Assembly: GCF_030684315.1 (NCBI RefSeq)
Contig: NC_081371.1
Coordinates: forward strand, 21,571,440 to 21,635,439
DNA from: Stegostoma tigrinum
Lineage: Eukaryota
Direction: 5' to 3'
DNA length: 64,000 nucleotides
Positions 11,959-23,021 of the stretch are shown one piece after another. Every line of letters begins with the position of its first letter. Position 1 is the stretch's first letter. The position numbers were made by a program, and so were the translations under genes. The notes beneath the pieces were generated by a model. It searched no databases. It was not told the DNA's origin and saw only the letters and a program-made list of their open reading frames with translations.

Positions 11959-13479
11959 ATGTCACTTAGTTTGGATGGGTTGCATCCTAGGTTGCTGATA
12001 AAAGTAATTGTGGAAATTGCAGAGGCCACAATCTTCCAAACCATCAGAGAAAAATGAGTGGTACCAAAAATTTGAGGGCTGTAAATGTAACACCCCGTTC
12101 AAAAAATGGTAGAGGACAAATCTGGCAATAAAAGTTTGTTTACCTAATGCTACTTATGAGACAACTTGGTGGTGACATGATCTAGAACAAAATTAATTGC
12201 CACTTAGAAAGATATTACCAAATAAATGATAGCCAGCATGGATTTGTTCACAGCAAATCATGTTCGACTAACTTGATCAAGTTCTTTGATGAAATAGTGA
12301 AGGTAGTGCTGTTGATATCGTTGATACTTGTATATGGATTTCTAAAAATTGCTTAATAAATTACCATACAAGTTTTGACATGTTCATAGGATTAAGGTGG
12401 CAGTGACTGAATAACGTGAAGCTGACTGAAAACAGTGTCTAGTTGTGAACAGTTGCTTTTCAGATTGGAGAGAAATGTTTAATGTTGTCTCTGAGAGGTC
12501 AGTATTGGGACTTCTACAGTTTTCGATATATATTAATAGATTTGGATACACAGAGCATAATTTTAATATTTGTAAATGACACAAAGCTTGGAAAAATGGT
12601 AAACAGTTTGGAGGATGGGAACAGATCTCATAGGGATGTAAGGCACTCTGGTAAAATGGGTGGACACGTTGCAGATGCAATTTAATACAGAGAAGTGTGA
12701 AGTATTTCATTTTGGTATGGAGATTGAGAGAAGGAGCTATGAACTAAACAGCACCATATCAAAAGGGTTCAGAAACAGATAATTCTGGAGTGTAAGTATA
12801 CAAATCTTTGAAGCTGGTAGGCCAAGTTAATAAGATTGTTAATAAAGCATACAAAATACAACGCTTTGTAAGTAGATCCAAAAGGTACACAGCAAAGAGG
12901 TCATGCTAATCCAATTCAGCACACCACTTTTGACAGTTCTATCAGGGCCATAGAGAGAATGCAGTTGAAATTTACCCAGTGTGAAAGAAAGTCAGTTATG
13001 TTTGGAAACTAAGGCAGGTTTTTCTAACAGGCCCAGACTGTGGCCCACCATTGGCTCCCATCCAGCTCACAACCAGTGCTCTAAATACAGACAAGTACAT
13101 GTGGAAGATTCTGCAAGGATACTCTCATTCAATCAAAACTTGTTTTCTGCTGATAGACTCACTGGTGGGAATAACAGAAAACAGTCTCTAACTTCATTCA
13201 GACTGAGGCTTGGTGGCCAACTGTGGTCGTGGGGATAACAAGGGACAGGGTGCCTGATGGACGGGTCCAGGAATTAGGTTGTGGCTGAGTTTGGGCCAGG
13301 TGGCAAGCAACTCGGGTGAAGACCAGATTCTGTCCTTTGTACCCCTGGAAGAATTGTAGTTAATGGCAGATCAAGACTTAAACTGGCAGAACATTTGGGA
13401 GGAATGAGTGAGAACATGAAAGGGTATGAAGGAGGGAACAAGGGAAGGAAAGAGTGTGGGGGGAATGTGTATGTGGGAG

Positions 13480-13765
13480 GAGAGGATGCATGTGCATGTG
13501 AAGCAGGGATAGAGAGACTGTGTGTGTGTGTGTGTGCGTGTGTGTGCGTGTGCATGCGCGCATGTGTGTGAGAATGAGAGTGGAAATGTGTGTCTGTCTG
13601 AATGACAGCATGTGTCTGGGAGAGCGGATGTGTGAACAAGTCTATTTGAGTGAATGTGTGTGTGTGTGTCTTTGTGTATGTTGGTTCGTGTGTGTTTGTT
13701 TGTGGAAAGAAGTGTGTATGTTTGTAGTAGGGAGTGAGAGATAATGTGAGTGAGTGTGTGTGAAT
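13480..13765. repeat. Degenerate (TG)n microsatellite / low-complexity tract
   Basis: tgtgtgtgtgtgtgtgcgtgtgtgtgcgtg and further interrupted TG runs. Confidence 0.9.
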
Positions 13766-15244
13766 CATGAGATTGAGTGATCCAGTCAACACCCAACCTT
13801 CCCTTCTCTTCCTCTCCCCAAACACCTCTCTGCAAGACAAGCTGGGAGAGGAGGTAGCCCAATTCACCTGCAACCCACTTTAGTATGGACTTTGCTAAGG
13901 CCAGTTCAAGTTGTACACCACCAGAAGTGATTGTAAGGTCAGTATTAGTTAAACCCTATTCTTCAGCCTGATCCCTGTTCCTTACCCCCTTTTGTAGAGA
14001 TTGGGACTTCTGGTCTGGTCTGACTGTCTCCAGCTCTGCTTCATAGCCATTGTGGCAAAAATAGTTTTATTGGAACTCTGCTGCTTGGCATGTTTTGATG
14101 CTCATTGTTTTATTTATACACTTATTGAAATTATTAATTTACTGCTTTGGAATACTTTTTTGAAAGGTGTTTCCTATTGTGCCAAACCTCATCTTTCTGA
14201 AATTTGATCTCTGGCCCTTTGAATGAGTGAAAAATTGAAATGTGGCTGCTCTACAGAAAATTTTGTCAAGCCTGGCATGGAGAAAGTGGGGTTATTCTCC
14301 CTATCTCTATCACTGGACTGGCTCACAGGTAGAGCACATGAAATTTAAGCATCACTGTCAGGAGAGGTTGTTATAGGTTATGACACTGCTGGAATGCTCA
14401 ACTGGATATGAATGAGTTAGTTCCTGAAGCATACAAAAAAAAGTTTCAAAATTTGAGGAAGAGAGCCTGGGCAAACCTACACTTTTGAAATGGTAAAGAA
14501 AAGTAATTTTGACAGAGCCATATTTTCTCTTAAACTCTTAAAAGAACGAGGGCTCACTCTCAACATCTCTGTGTGCATTCTACGGTATGGTCCTCTGTCG
14601 GTTTAATAATTAATTGTAAGCATGCATGAAAGAGATTAACCAGGCACCAACTTCTCTGACCCAGAGGAGGTCATCCACCCCTTTTAGTATCATACAAGAT
14701 GATACAGGCTTTAAGTATAAGTACCATGTACGATGCTCTCACAGAGATCATTCACTGTGAAGAATGTAAAAACTCATCCCTTTTTGTAATAAAAATCTAT
14801 GTTGAAGACCATAGAGTTGTAGTTGCTAGAGGGGCAACAGAAGTGACAAACAATTATGAGATGATCCCTAAAATTAAACCTTTCATTGTCACCCTCATGA
14901 ACTCAAGAGGGGTAGAGTGAAAAGAAGGCAGGGTACAGATAGAACAGCTGGGAATTCCCCAAGATCCCCTTCACAAATTAGAATGCAAAGTGTTGCGGAT
15001 GCAGGTGGAAATTGAAGGGCAAAGTGTGCAATTTGCAACTTAGAAAATCAAGTTGGATTGTGTGATAAAGTTATACAGTAGAATGCTATTGTGGACATTG
15101 TGGCTGTTATGTCATTAAGCCAAGGCAGCACCTGAAATGTTTAAAGGAAAACCACTTATTGACGGCCCTCGGAGTCTTCTGGCTGCAGACCTGTAAGTCA
15201 GCCAAAACATCCAGAGCTGGAAAACAGAACACATCCATCTCCCT

Positions 15245-15457
15245 GATAAAAAAGTGTGGAGCTGGATGAACACAACAGGCCAAGCAGCATCTTAGGAGCA
15301 CAAAAGCTGACGTTTCGGGCCTAGACCCTTCATCAGAGAGAGGGTCTAGGCCCAAAACGTCAGCTTTTGTGCTCCTGAGATGCTGCTTGGCCTGCTCTGT
15401 TCATCCAGCTCCACACTTTGTTATCTTGGATTCTCCAGCATCTGCTGTTCCCATTAT
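15245..15457. mobile_element. Short PLE hairpin insertion (subfamily B) with intact hammerhead on the minus arm
   Basis: Arms ~15245-15329 and ~15341-15425 are inverted repeats. Tail 15426-15457. 15-bp TSD cacatccatctccct at 15230-15244 and 15458-15472. Confidence 0.9.
15309..15336 (-). ncRNA. Minimal type I hammerhead ribozyme motif
   Basis: Minus strand CTGATGA-A-GGG-tctagg-CCC-GAAA-C-GTC; all core positions intact. Confidence 0.72.
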
Positions 15458-16019
15458 CACATCCATCTCCCTTCTCTCTGCTTGAGTGAAAGTTAAAAAA
15501 AGGCAGGAAACAAAAAGAAAGAATTCAAATCCAAGACCTAGGTCCACCTGATCAATGACTGAATCAAAGAACAACCATCAGTCTACAGAAAACACTGTGC
15601 CTTCTTTGGTAAAATCAAAATTACCAAGAGAAATAACATAATTCATCCATGTGATCTGGGCTTCTGATCTTCAGCATTTTGTGTGCCCTGCCTTTATTTT
15701 TCAACCCATAATTTCTGTAACAATCTGTCTGTCTGATTCATGAAAGATATGTGCGTATTTGGGTTTTGTAGGGGTAAATCTGAAGTTGCATAGTAATAGA
15801 TTAGTAATCATTTTCCTCTGCCATTTGTTAAAGAATAAGTGTGTTTCCAATAAATAGTTATTTTCCTTTTAATGACTAGGCCTAGTGTGAATTGCTTTTG
15901 TCTTGAATGGCAGGTCACTTAGGCAAATTGATCACATTAACTATCATGGCTTGCAGAATAGTGATGTTCAATTACCGGTCCTTTCAACCCAATTACATTG
16001 CCCTAAAAATTTCATTTTC

Positions 16020-16810
16020 ACTACTATTAATATTAGAGGAACTGATCCGTAATTCCCTGTTTTCTCCCATTAAAAAAAATAGTGGAGTTACATTTGCCAT
16101 CCTCCAATTTGCTGGTCATGTCTCAAAATGTACTATGCTTTGAAAGATGACAATCTTTCAAATGCATTTGCTATTTCTATGGCCACTTCCTTTAATATCT
16201 TAGGACATTGATTATCAAGCCCTGGGCAGTTGTCAGCTTCCAGTTCCATTAATTTCTGTAATACTGGCTTTTTCGTAACTGCTTCTAATTTCCATCAGTT
16301 TGCCTTCCTCACCACATATTTTTATCCTTAGCATTCATAGAATTATAGAATCAAAGAATTTTGTAGTACAGAAGGAGGCCATTTTACCCATCATATCTGC
16401 ACTGGCTCGCAAAAGAGCTAGCCAGTTAGTTCCATTCTCCAGCCCTATCTCCCTAGCCCTCTAAATGATCACTTTCAAATATATATCCAGCTCTCTTCTG
16501 AAACTCCTATGAAATTTATCTCCACCACTCACATTCCAAATCCTAACAATTCTCTGAGTAAAGATGTTTCTCCTCATCCCACTCCTAAGTTGACTTGCTG
16601 ACAATCTCAAAATTGTGATCCCTTTGTTGCTGATATGCCAAACAGTGGAAACAAAATATCCTTCTTTACTCTGTCAAAATTGTTCATAATTTTGAACACC
16701 CCAACAAGGTCACCTCTTAATCTTCTCTGCTCCAAGGAGAATAAGCCCAATTTCTCTTAAAGTTTTCCTGTATCTAATATCTCTCATTCCTGGGTATCAT
16801 TCACATACAT
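16020..16810 (-). mobile_element. CR1 LINE fragments (ORF2 piece and 3' end)
   Basis: 3' tail catagaattatagaatcaaagaa...agtacagaaggaggccatttt at ~16340; CR1-like gtcacctcttaatcttctctgctccaaggagaataagccc. Confidence 0.65.
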
Positions 16811-18614
16811 TTCCTGGGAAATTATTTATGTCATCTTTTGTGAATACAGAACTGGATTTGCTATTCAGTTGTTCTACCATTTCTTTGTTCATGATTATCA
16901 ATTGCCCCATTTTGGATACTAAGGATTCACATTTTTCTACTCAAAACTTTGTTATTTTACATGGTTACAGTTCACTTTATGTTCTTGAAAGTTTACTGTC
17001 ATACTGTGATGCATTTCACTGCTGCAGCTGTTAGCAGTTTACATGACCCATGCAAATTGTACAATATCCTGCTTTACTGACCTTTGAAGAAAGGATCATC
17101 TAGCTTCCCATCTTCTATCTTCCTGGTAGACTTGTGTACAATACTGCGTTTAACTGGAAGAGCAAATAAATGCTGCAGCCTTCAGATAACCATTGCTGCT
17201 TGTATCCTTCTTTAATTAATGATACAAAAAAGCAGTAGCATTTCCTGATAATTGTATTCCTACTTTTGTCTTTTTAGGAAGAGATGACTTTTACTGTCTG
17301 ATTGAATCAGAATGTTTGTCCCAAGGGAATAAAAAAGTGATCTAATACATGATGACACTCATTCATTAGTCAAATAGTAGAGACTTAATGTAATCTTTCT
17401 GGGCTAGGCTTGAACTTCTACCCCAAAGGGGAAAGAGCAGTCTTTGAACAGACTGTGACACCCAGTCCTTCAGCAGAAAATAGAAAGTTTCTTTTTATTT
17501 GTCTGGGTTAGATTTAATCTGTACCTTTGTTTGAATATTATGTTGCGCCCAGTCATTCTTAACAGTGCCCAGAAATGTGTTCAATTTATTAGGGCTGAAT
17601 TTGAACACATTGTCAAGGGTGGAGAATAAAGATGACAAAAACAAGATGAACCAATTAAAATCACAGAGCAAATTTCATCCTATCTGGGCTGGGCTGAAAA
17701 CAAACTGATAATCTCCAGATTAAAAGCTAATAATGTTCTGATTTCATGGGCTATCATCTCATATGCAGTACATATTTGAATTTCCAAAGTGCTCTGCTGG
17801 TGGGCAAGGCTGCCTGACAGAAGCAATCAGTTAATGACAGTGCATCACCTTGTTTTTAAATTTGTCTTTTTCCTTTCAACACGAAAGAGGATTTTCATAT
17901 CTTTATTCAGTCCATCTTTCTTTCAACAGTGGCATATTTTCAGCATGGCTTTATTGAAAGCTTATATCTTAAAATGGCTGAACATGTACAATTTTTGTTT
18001 GAGAAATCATTATAAAAAATATAGCAGAGGGAGATTTGTTTCAAATGGTAGATTTTAATATCTTTTCCCGCAAACACAGTCCTTAACACAATTTATGAAC
18101 AAAACTATGGCCAAATCCTAAATGTACCATTGTACCTGGGCTGACTCTGTCTTACCTCTCTTCAGCATTGTAGTTAATTCTGAGAATTGCTCCCTGTGAC
18201 CGAGCAGTTGTTTTATGACTGATAGTTACAACATAAAATCAACATGACTGTACAATAAATAGCACAGCTAATCAACTCCAGAGTAATTTTTTTATTACCG
18301 ACTGGCACGCCATGGTAAGTATTATCTGGCATAGGAAACAAACATATTAGACTTGGATTCTAACAGAATGGCTACAAAGGAAATACAACTGAAAATGAGG
18401 AAAAGATGTCTGAAATATACACATTTCTATTGCCTTTTTCAGCTGAGATACTACAAGTTATGTTAATGTGATTACCATGATATTAGTAGTACTTACTGCT
18501 TTTTGACACTACCAATTAAACCATGTTAAATACAAAACCCCTTGAATACAGCCATACCACTGGCCACTCATCTTCATGCTAATGTCCTTTCCAGCAAAGC
18601 TGAAGTTGACAATA

Positions 18615-19220
18615 ACAACATAAAGTATTGAGGACACTACCAGGACTGGCAGTGTCTGTGGAGAGACAGATGCATTTAATGTTTTGAGTCCAGTATAACT
18701 TTTCTTTGGAATTGAAGACAAAGAGAAAATGGTTGGTTATATGTCAGAGTAAAAGATGAGAAGGAGCAATATTAACAGGAATGGAAGGGCAGGGGGCCGT
18801 TAAAGGGTGAACAAAAATAGCATTTGCAAGTGTTATAGAAGGAAAGGTAAAGAAAATAGTCATGGTTGTAAAAAGAGAGAGAAGTCCAGGGGAGGTGTTA
18901 GTAGCAGGACATAGGGCAGTTCTGCTGAAAGGAAACTGAAGAAAACTAAACCTTGGGGAGAAATGGGGACAGAGATGGGGAAAACAAAATGGAGGACAGA
19001 CTTCATGATCCGAAGTTGTTGAACTCAACGTTGAGTCCAGAAGGTTGTAAGATGTCTAATTAGAAAATAAGATGCCATTCCTCCAGCTTGTGTTGGACTT
19101 CATAGGAACGCTAAAGCGTAGAGGATATAAATGTGAGCTAGACTGGGTGTACTGAAATGGCAAGCAATCAGAAGGCTAGGTCATGCTTATGGACTGAGTG
19201 CAAAGCAGTCACCCAGCCAA
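18615..19220 (-). mobile_element. Older Penelope-like element 3' part
   Basis: Reverse complement of 19021-19090 translates KLEEWHLIF*LDILQPSGLNVEF, matching RLQEQHLIFCLGTLQPNCINVDF of the PLE at 7.9 kb; followed by a pyrimidine-rich pLTR-like tract. Confidence 0.7.
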
Positions 19221-19249
19221 TTAGATTTGGCAAGTTATCTCAGCATATT

Positions 19250-21350
19250 ATTGGAACACCTTTGGAACAATATGGGATAACAGGGATCATCACACATCAG
19301 TAAACAGCCAAACAATGTCAGATGCATGACAATTTACTGCAAGGGACAGAGGCACTAAAAATACTTGAATGACCTCCAGTGTGAGACAGTAAAAGACATT
19401 TTTATTTTAAGATTTTATTGTTTAAGATGATAGGTCACAGAACCTATTTCAATAATTGAATGCAACTCTTTTTAAAACCTGTGAAGCAATAGTAGCAGTT
19501 CGCCATATGTTACCTGGAAAATACAACTAGGCTTTTCTCAAACAGTTAATAGCACCCTGACCTATGAGTCAGATACTACGTACCCTGTTCTAGGCTGGAG
19601 CACGTTATTGAATTGACACGTCCATGTTTATTGAGGAAATAGAATAACTTAAAAGAAATAAATGTAAACAAGTGGAAAAAGGATATTTTAATGATTGACG
19701 ACATTCAGCATGAAACTGTTTCAGAAGAGTTAATTAGTGTTAACATCTGAGTCAAAAGACAGGTGTTATATCCACAAACATATGAAACCATGTACCGAAA
19801 TTGATTGAGGCTTTCAACAGTCTCTCACTGTAAATATAAAAGATACCATCCGCAAGGTAAAGGCAGGCATATAGAATTCCAATGCTGGAGTTTCAACTTC
19901 CTAGGCTACATTGGAACACCATGTAGGCTGATACATTGAATTAGATGATGTTTGCTGGCCTCCACAAGACTCACAATGGGGTCCCGACCAGTCACATGAG
20001 AAGAGGGACCGAGCAGTGTTTTTGTACAGAGGTTAACCAGAATCAGTGAGAACTTCAGAAATCACTGAGCTGTACCAGCAATTTCTACTGTCCTGTGCAG
20101 ATATGCTGAATATGGTGCTTAAGCCTAACTTTCTAACATTTATTAGTTTCTACCATCCAAGCCATCTACTGATGCTTCATCAGTGCTAGAAAGCAGTGTA
20201 TCTATTGGGGCTTGAGTTGTCAGTTCCTACAAAAAAGACCAAGATTATTCCTTGCTGACCAATTAAGCAGACTGCATGTACACCTAAAAGCCCAAATGTA
20301 AGAAATCTCAGTTAATTCACAGAAGATCTGAAGCGAAAGTGAAAAAAGATCAACATGCTGTAATGGGTCTTGCAATTTGAGTTGTGGGGTAAACATGATT
20401 CCCCAGCTTTCCAAAGTATATAAATGCCATATTTCTATATTAGAAATAAACACAATAAACAGCACAGACTCATATTTAAGGGATCTCAGTTTGTTACATG
20501 TGATAATGTGAAAGAAGAAAGGTGCAGCAATCACTCAAGTTGCAAAGGACCCAGGGTTGCCTTTAGAAAACCAGCAAGATGACTAACTGATGGACAAGGA
20601 CATTGCAAGATACACATTTAGATTTGATACGTGCAAACAGGTTGAAGCCCAGCAGCAAAAGACAGCCTTCTGTAAGTCGCTAAATACCAGAAAAGATTCA
20701 TGATCTGTTTGAAATGTATGGAAGGAATTAGCTCCATCTTTTTAGTCACCTAATTTTTAAGTTAGACGATCTGGCCGAGATGAAAGCTTGTCTTCACATC
20801 TGGCATTCCTACTGCAGTTAGATCTGGTGATGAGCTCTGCTCAAAACGTTGCCAGGGCAATATGAGTTCAGTCATGTCACCAGTTTGCTAAAGCTTTAAC
20901 AGATAAAGACAGGGCAGTGAACACTTAAAATAATGAAGACAATCCTGAAAACTGCATAATCCTTCTCAACTGGTACATTACACCAGTTGATAAGTTCACT
21001 GATTAAAAATGCTATGGCAGACGAACCAAGGCATGCTACCAGCCAACTACTGACATTGAAGATAATAAAGAACACAAAAGAGAAGTTTCAACTGAAAACA
21101 AGCCAAAGGATCTGGAAAACTTAGAAAATGAGAAATCGTCAGAACAAAAGGTCTGCACGCTAGTGAAAATGCAACAGCAAATGAATGTTGTGCTTGGACT
21201 AGAAAGCAAAGATTTGGCATACCTGCAAAAACCAAAAGAGCCACTATTGTAGAGAGAACTGGGAATCAGACTACATACCCTGTATTCCAAGTGATGCCTT
21301 CAGTCAAGAAGCCACAAAACAGCATGGCAAGAAAATCAAGGCCGATCATC
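19250..21350 (+). mobile_element. Decayed Gypsy-type pol (RNase H and integrase remnants)
   Basis: STDAS (RNase H) near 20167. Integrase-like DKDIARYTFRFDTCKQ..QQK (20594-20660), DLFEMYG (20702), GIPTAVRS (20802) and QYEFSHVTS (20858), in Gypsy order. Confidence 0.6.
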
Positions 21351-21361
21351 AGCAGAACAAC

Positions 21362-21690
21362 TTATTCATTAATGGGACGTGCTCCTGGCTAGGCCAGCAT
21401 TTATTACCCAGCCTTACTTGCCCAGATAGCCATTAGGAGGCAACCACATTGCCGTGAGTCTGAAGTCACATGTAGGTCAGACCAAGTAAGGATGATAGTT
21501 TCCTTCCCTAAAGGACATTAGTGAATTAGATGGAGTTTTCCAACAACCAACAACAGTTTCATGGTTATCATTAAATTGTTAATTTTTTAGAATATATTCA
21601 AATTCCATCATGTGCCACACATGAACCAGAATAAAGACTAGTCAAATAGCAATCCCGGATAGAAACAGCTCCCAATACCGAGAGGAATAC
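21362..21690 (-). mobile_element. Short SINE-like element sharing 5' head and 3' tail with the LINE at 23022-26378
   Basis: accacattgccgtgagtctgaagtcacatgtaggtcagacc matches 26115-26155; 21365-21420 matches the LINE 3' tail at 24435-24490. Confidence 0.7.
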
Positions 21691-22229
21691 ACTCTGTGTC
21701 CTAGAAATAGACAATACAAAGTCGTGTGAAACCAGGTAAGTGATTTTACGTAGCAGCAACTTTGTAGTTGTTTGAACTGCTTCTATTGAACTAGAGAGCT
21801 GTTTGAACTTAATCATTTGTTTTTGATGAAAAGGTTTAGTTTTATTCTCAGGATAGAGATGTATTGCAGTGGAATTGAAGCCTTGCAAAGATATGAATCA
21901 TAAGATAAATACTAACTGTTCCCTTTGATCCCATATTATTTTATGATTACCAGCTGCAGTGTAGAATCAAGATGGCTGCACACAAGAGAACATATTTCAA
22001 TAGCTCTAAATGCTTTGAATCATTGAAACTGAAAGCTGTTAAGGTTCTATTCCCTGCTCTTCATTCCCAACTTTTTGTTGTCTGTAAGCCCTCAAATTCT
22101 GAACAAATCTATATTATCTACCGTTAAGCTTCCTGACTGTCATCACAAGATTCTCTGTTCTGCCTGTGATTACTTTAACTAAAGCCTCTCATCGCTGAGA
22201 TCGTCAGTTGTTCATTGCATAGTGAGTTT

Positions 22230-22890
22230 CACTGGCTGGATCAGTATTTGTTGCGTGCTGTAATTTTCCTTGAGAAGGTGGTTCTGAACTCTATTCTTGA
22301 GCCACTAGGAACCATCCGCTATGGGTATACTCACATTGCTGTTAGAAAGGAAGTCCCAGGTTTTGTGACCCAGTCACAGCAACATATTTCCAACTCAGCA
22401 TATTGTGTGATTTGGAGGGGAATTTGTGGGCACAGGCGCTCCCATGTATTTTCTGCCCTTGACCTTCTAGGTGGTGGAGTTAATAGGTTTTCAATGTGCC
22501 TGCAAGGAGCCTTGAAAAGTTGCTAATCTGGCACACTGCTTTTCCGTAAGGTTGGCTGGGGGAGTGAAAGCTAACGATCTGCATGAGGTCCCAGTCAAGT
22601 GGGCTGATTTGTCCTGGATAACTTTGACCTTCTTGTGTGTTGTTGAAGCTGCACTCATCCATACAATATTCCAGGACATTCCTGATTTGAGCCTTGTAGA
22701 TGATGGAAAGGATTTGTGGAATCAGTGAGTTACTAATGACATAGTTCTTAGCCTTTGATGTGAAATTATATGGCTAGTCTAGCTAAGTTTCTGGTCAATG
22801 TTAAATGTAGTGATTAAGCGATGGCAAAACTGTTGAACATCAAAGAGGAGATGGTTAGATTCTCTCTCTTTGGAGACAGTCCTTGCACTT
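22230..22890 (-). mobile_element. Older 3' fragment of the same CR1-group LINE family
   Basis: ccttgagaaggtggt, gtcctggata...cttcttgtgtgttgttgaagctgcactcatcca and gccttgtagatgatgga parallel 23050-23540. Confidence 0.7.
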
Positions 22891-23021
22891 TTCAGTTCAT
22901 GCATAAATTTTGCTGCATCTGGGCACGGACTGTTTCGGGATAGATAAATAAGACCGGGAATAGATTGGATGTTAGGCCACACAAGGAAGAATTTCCAAGG
23001 GGAGTGTCAATCTCTGGAATT

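Larger units (their letters stand above)
10690..13010 (+). mobile_element. CR1 LINE ORF2 remnant, interrupted by a Deu-SINE and a PLE hairpin
   Basis: Translated fragments GEEFLECIQ, DGLHPRLL, SQHGFVHSKSCSTNLIKFFDE and IFVNDTKLG (KFADDTK-like); many stops and frameshifts. Confidence 0.8.

Noticed and set aside
13274-13873. 199-aa and 163-aa His/Thr-rich ORFs
   Set aside because: Translation of a degenerate (CA)n microsatellite.
15050-15950. Solo LTR-like segment around the 15.3 kb hairpin
   Set aside because: No second copy, primer-binding site or clear TG..CA ends with TSD could be identified.
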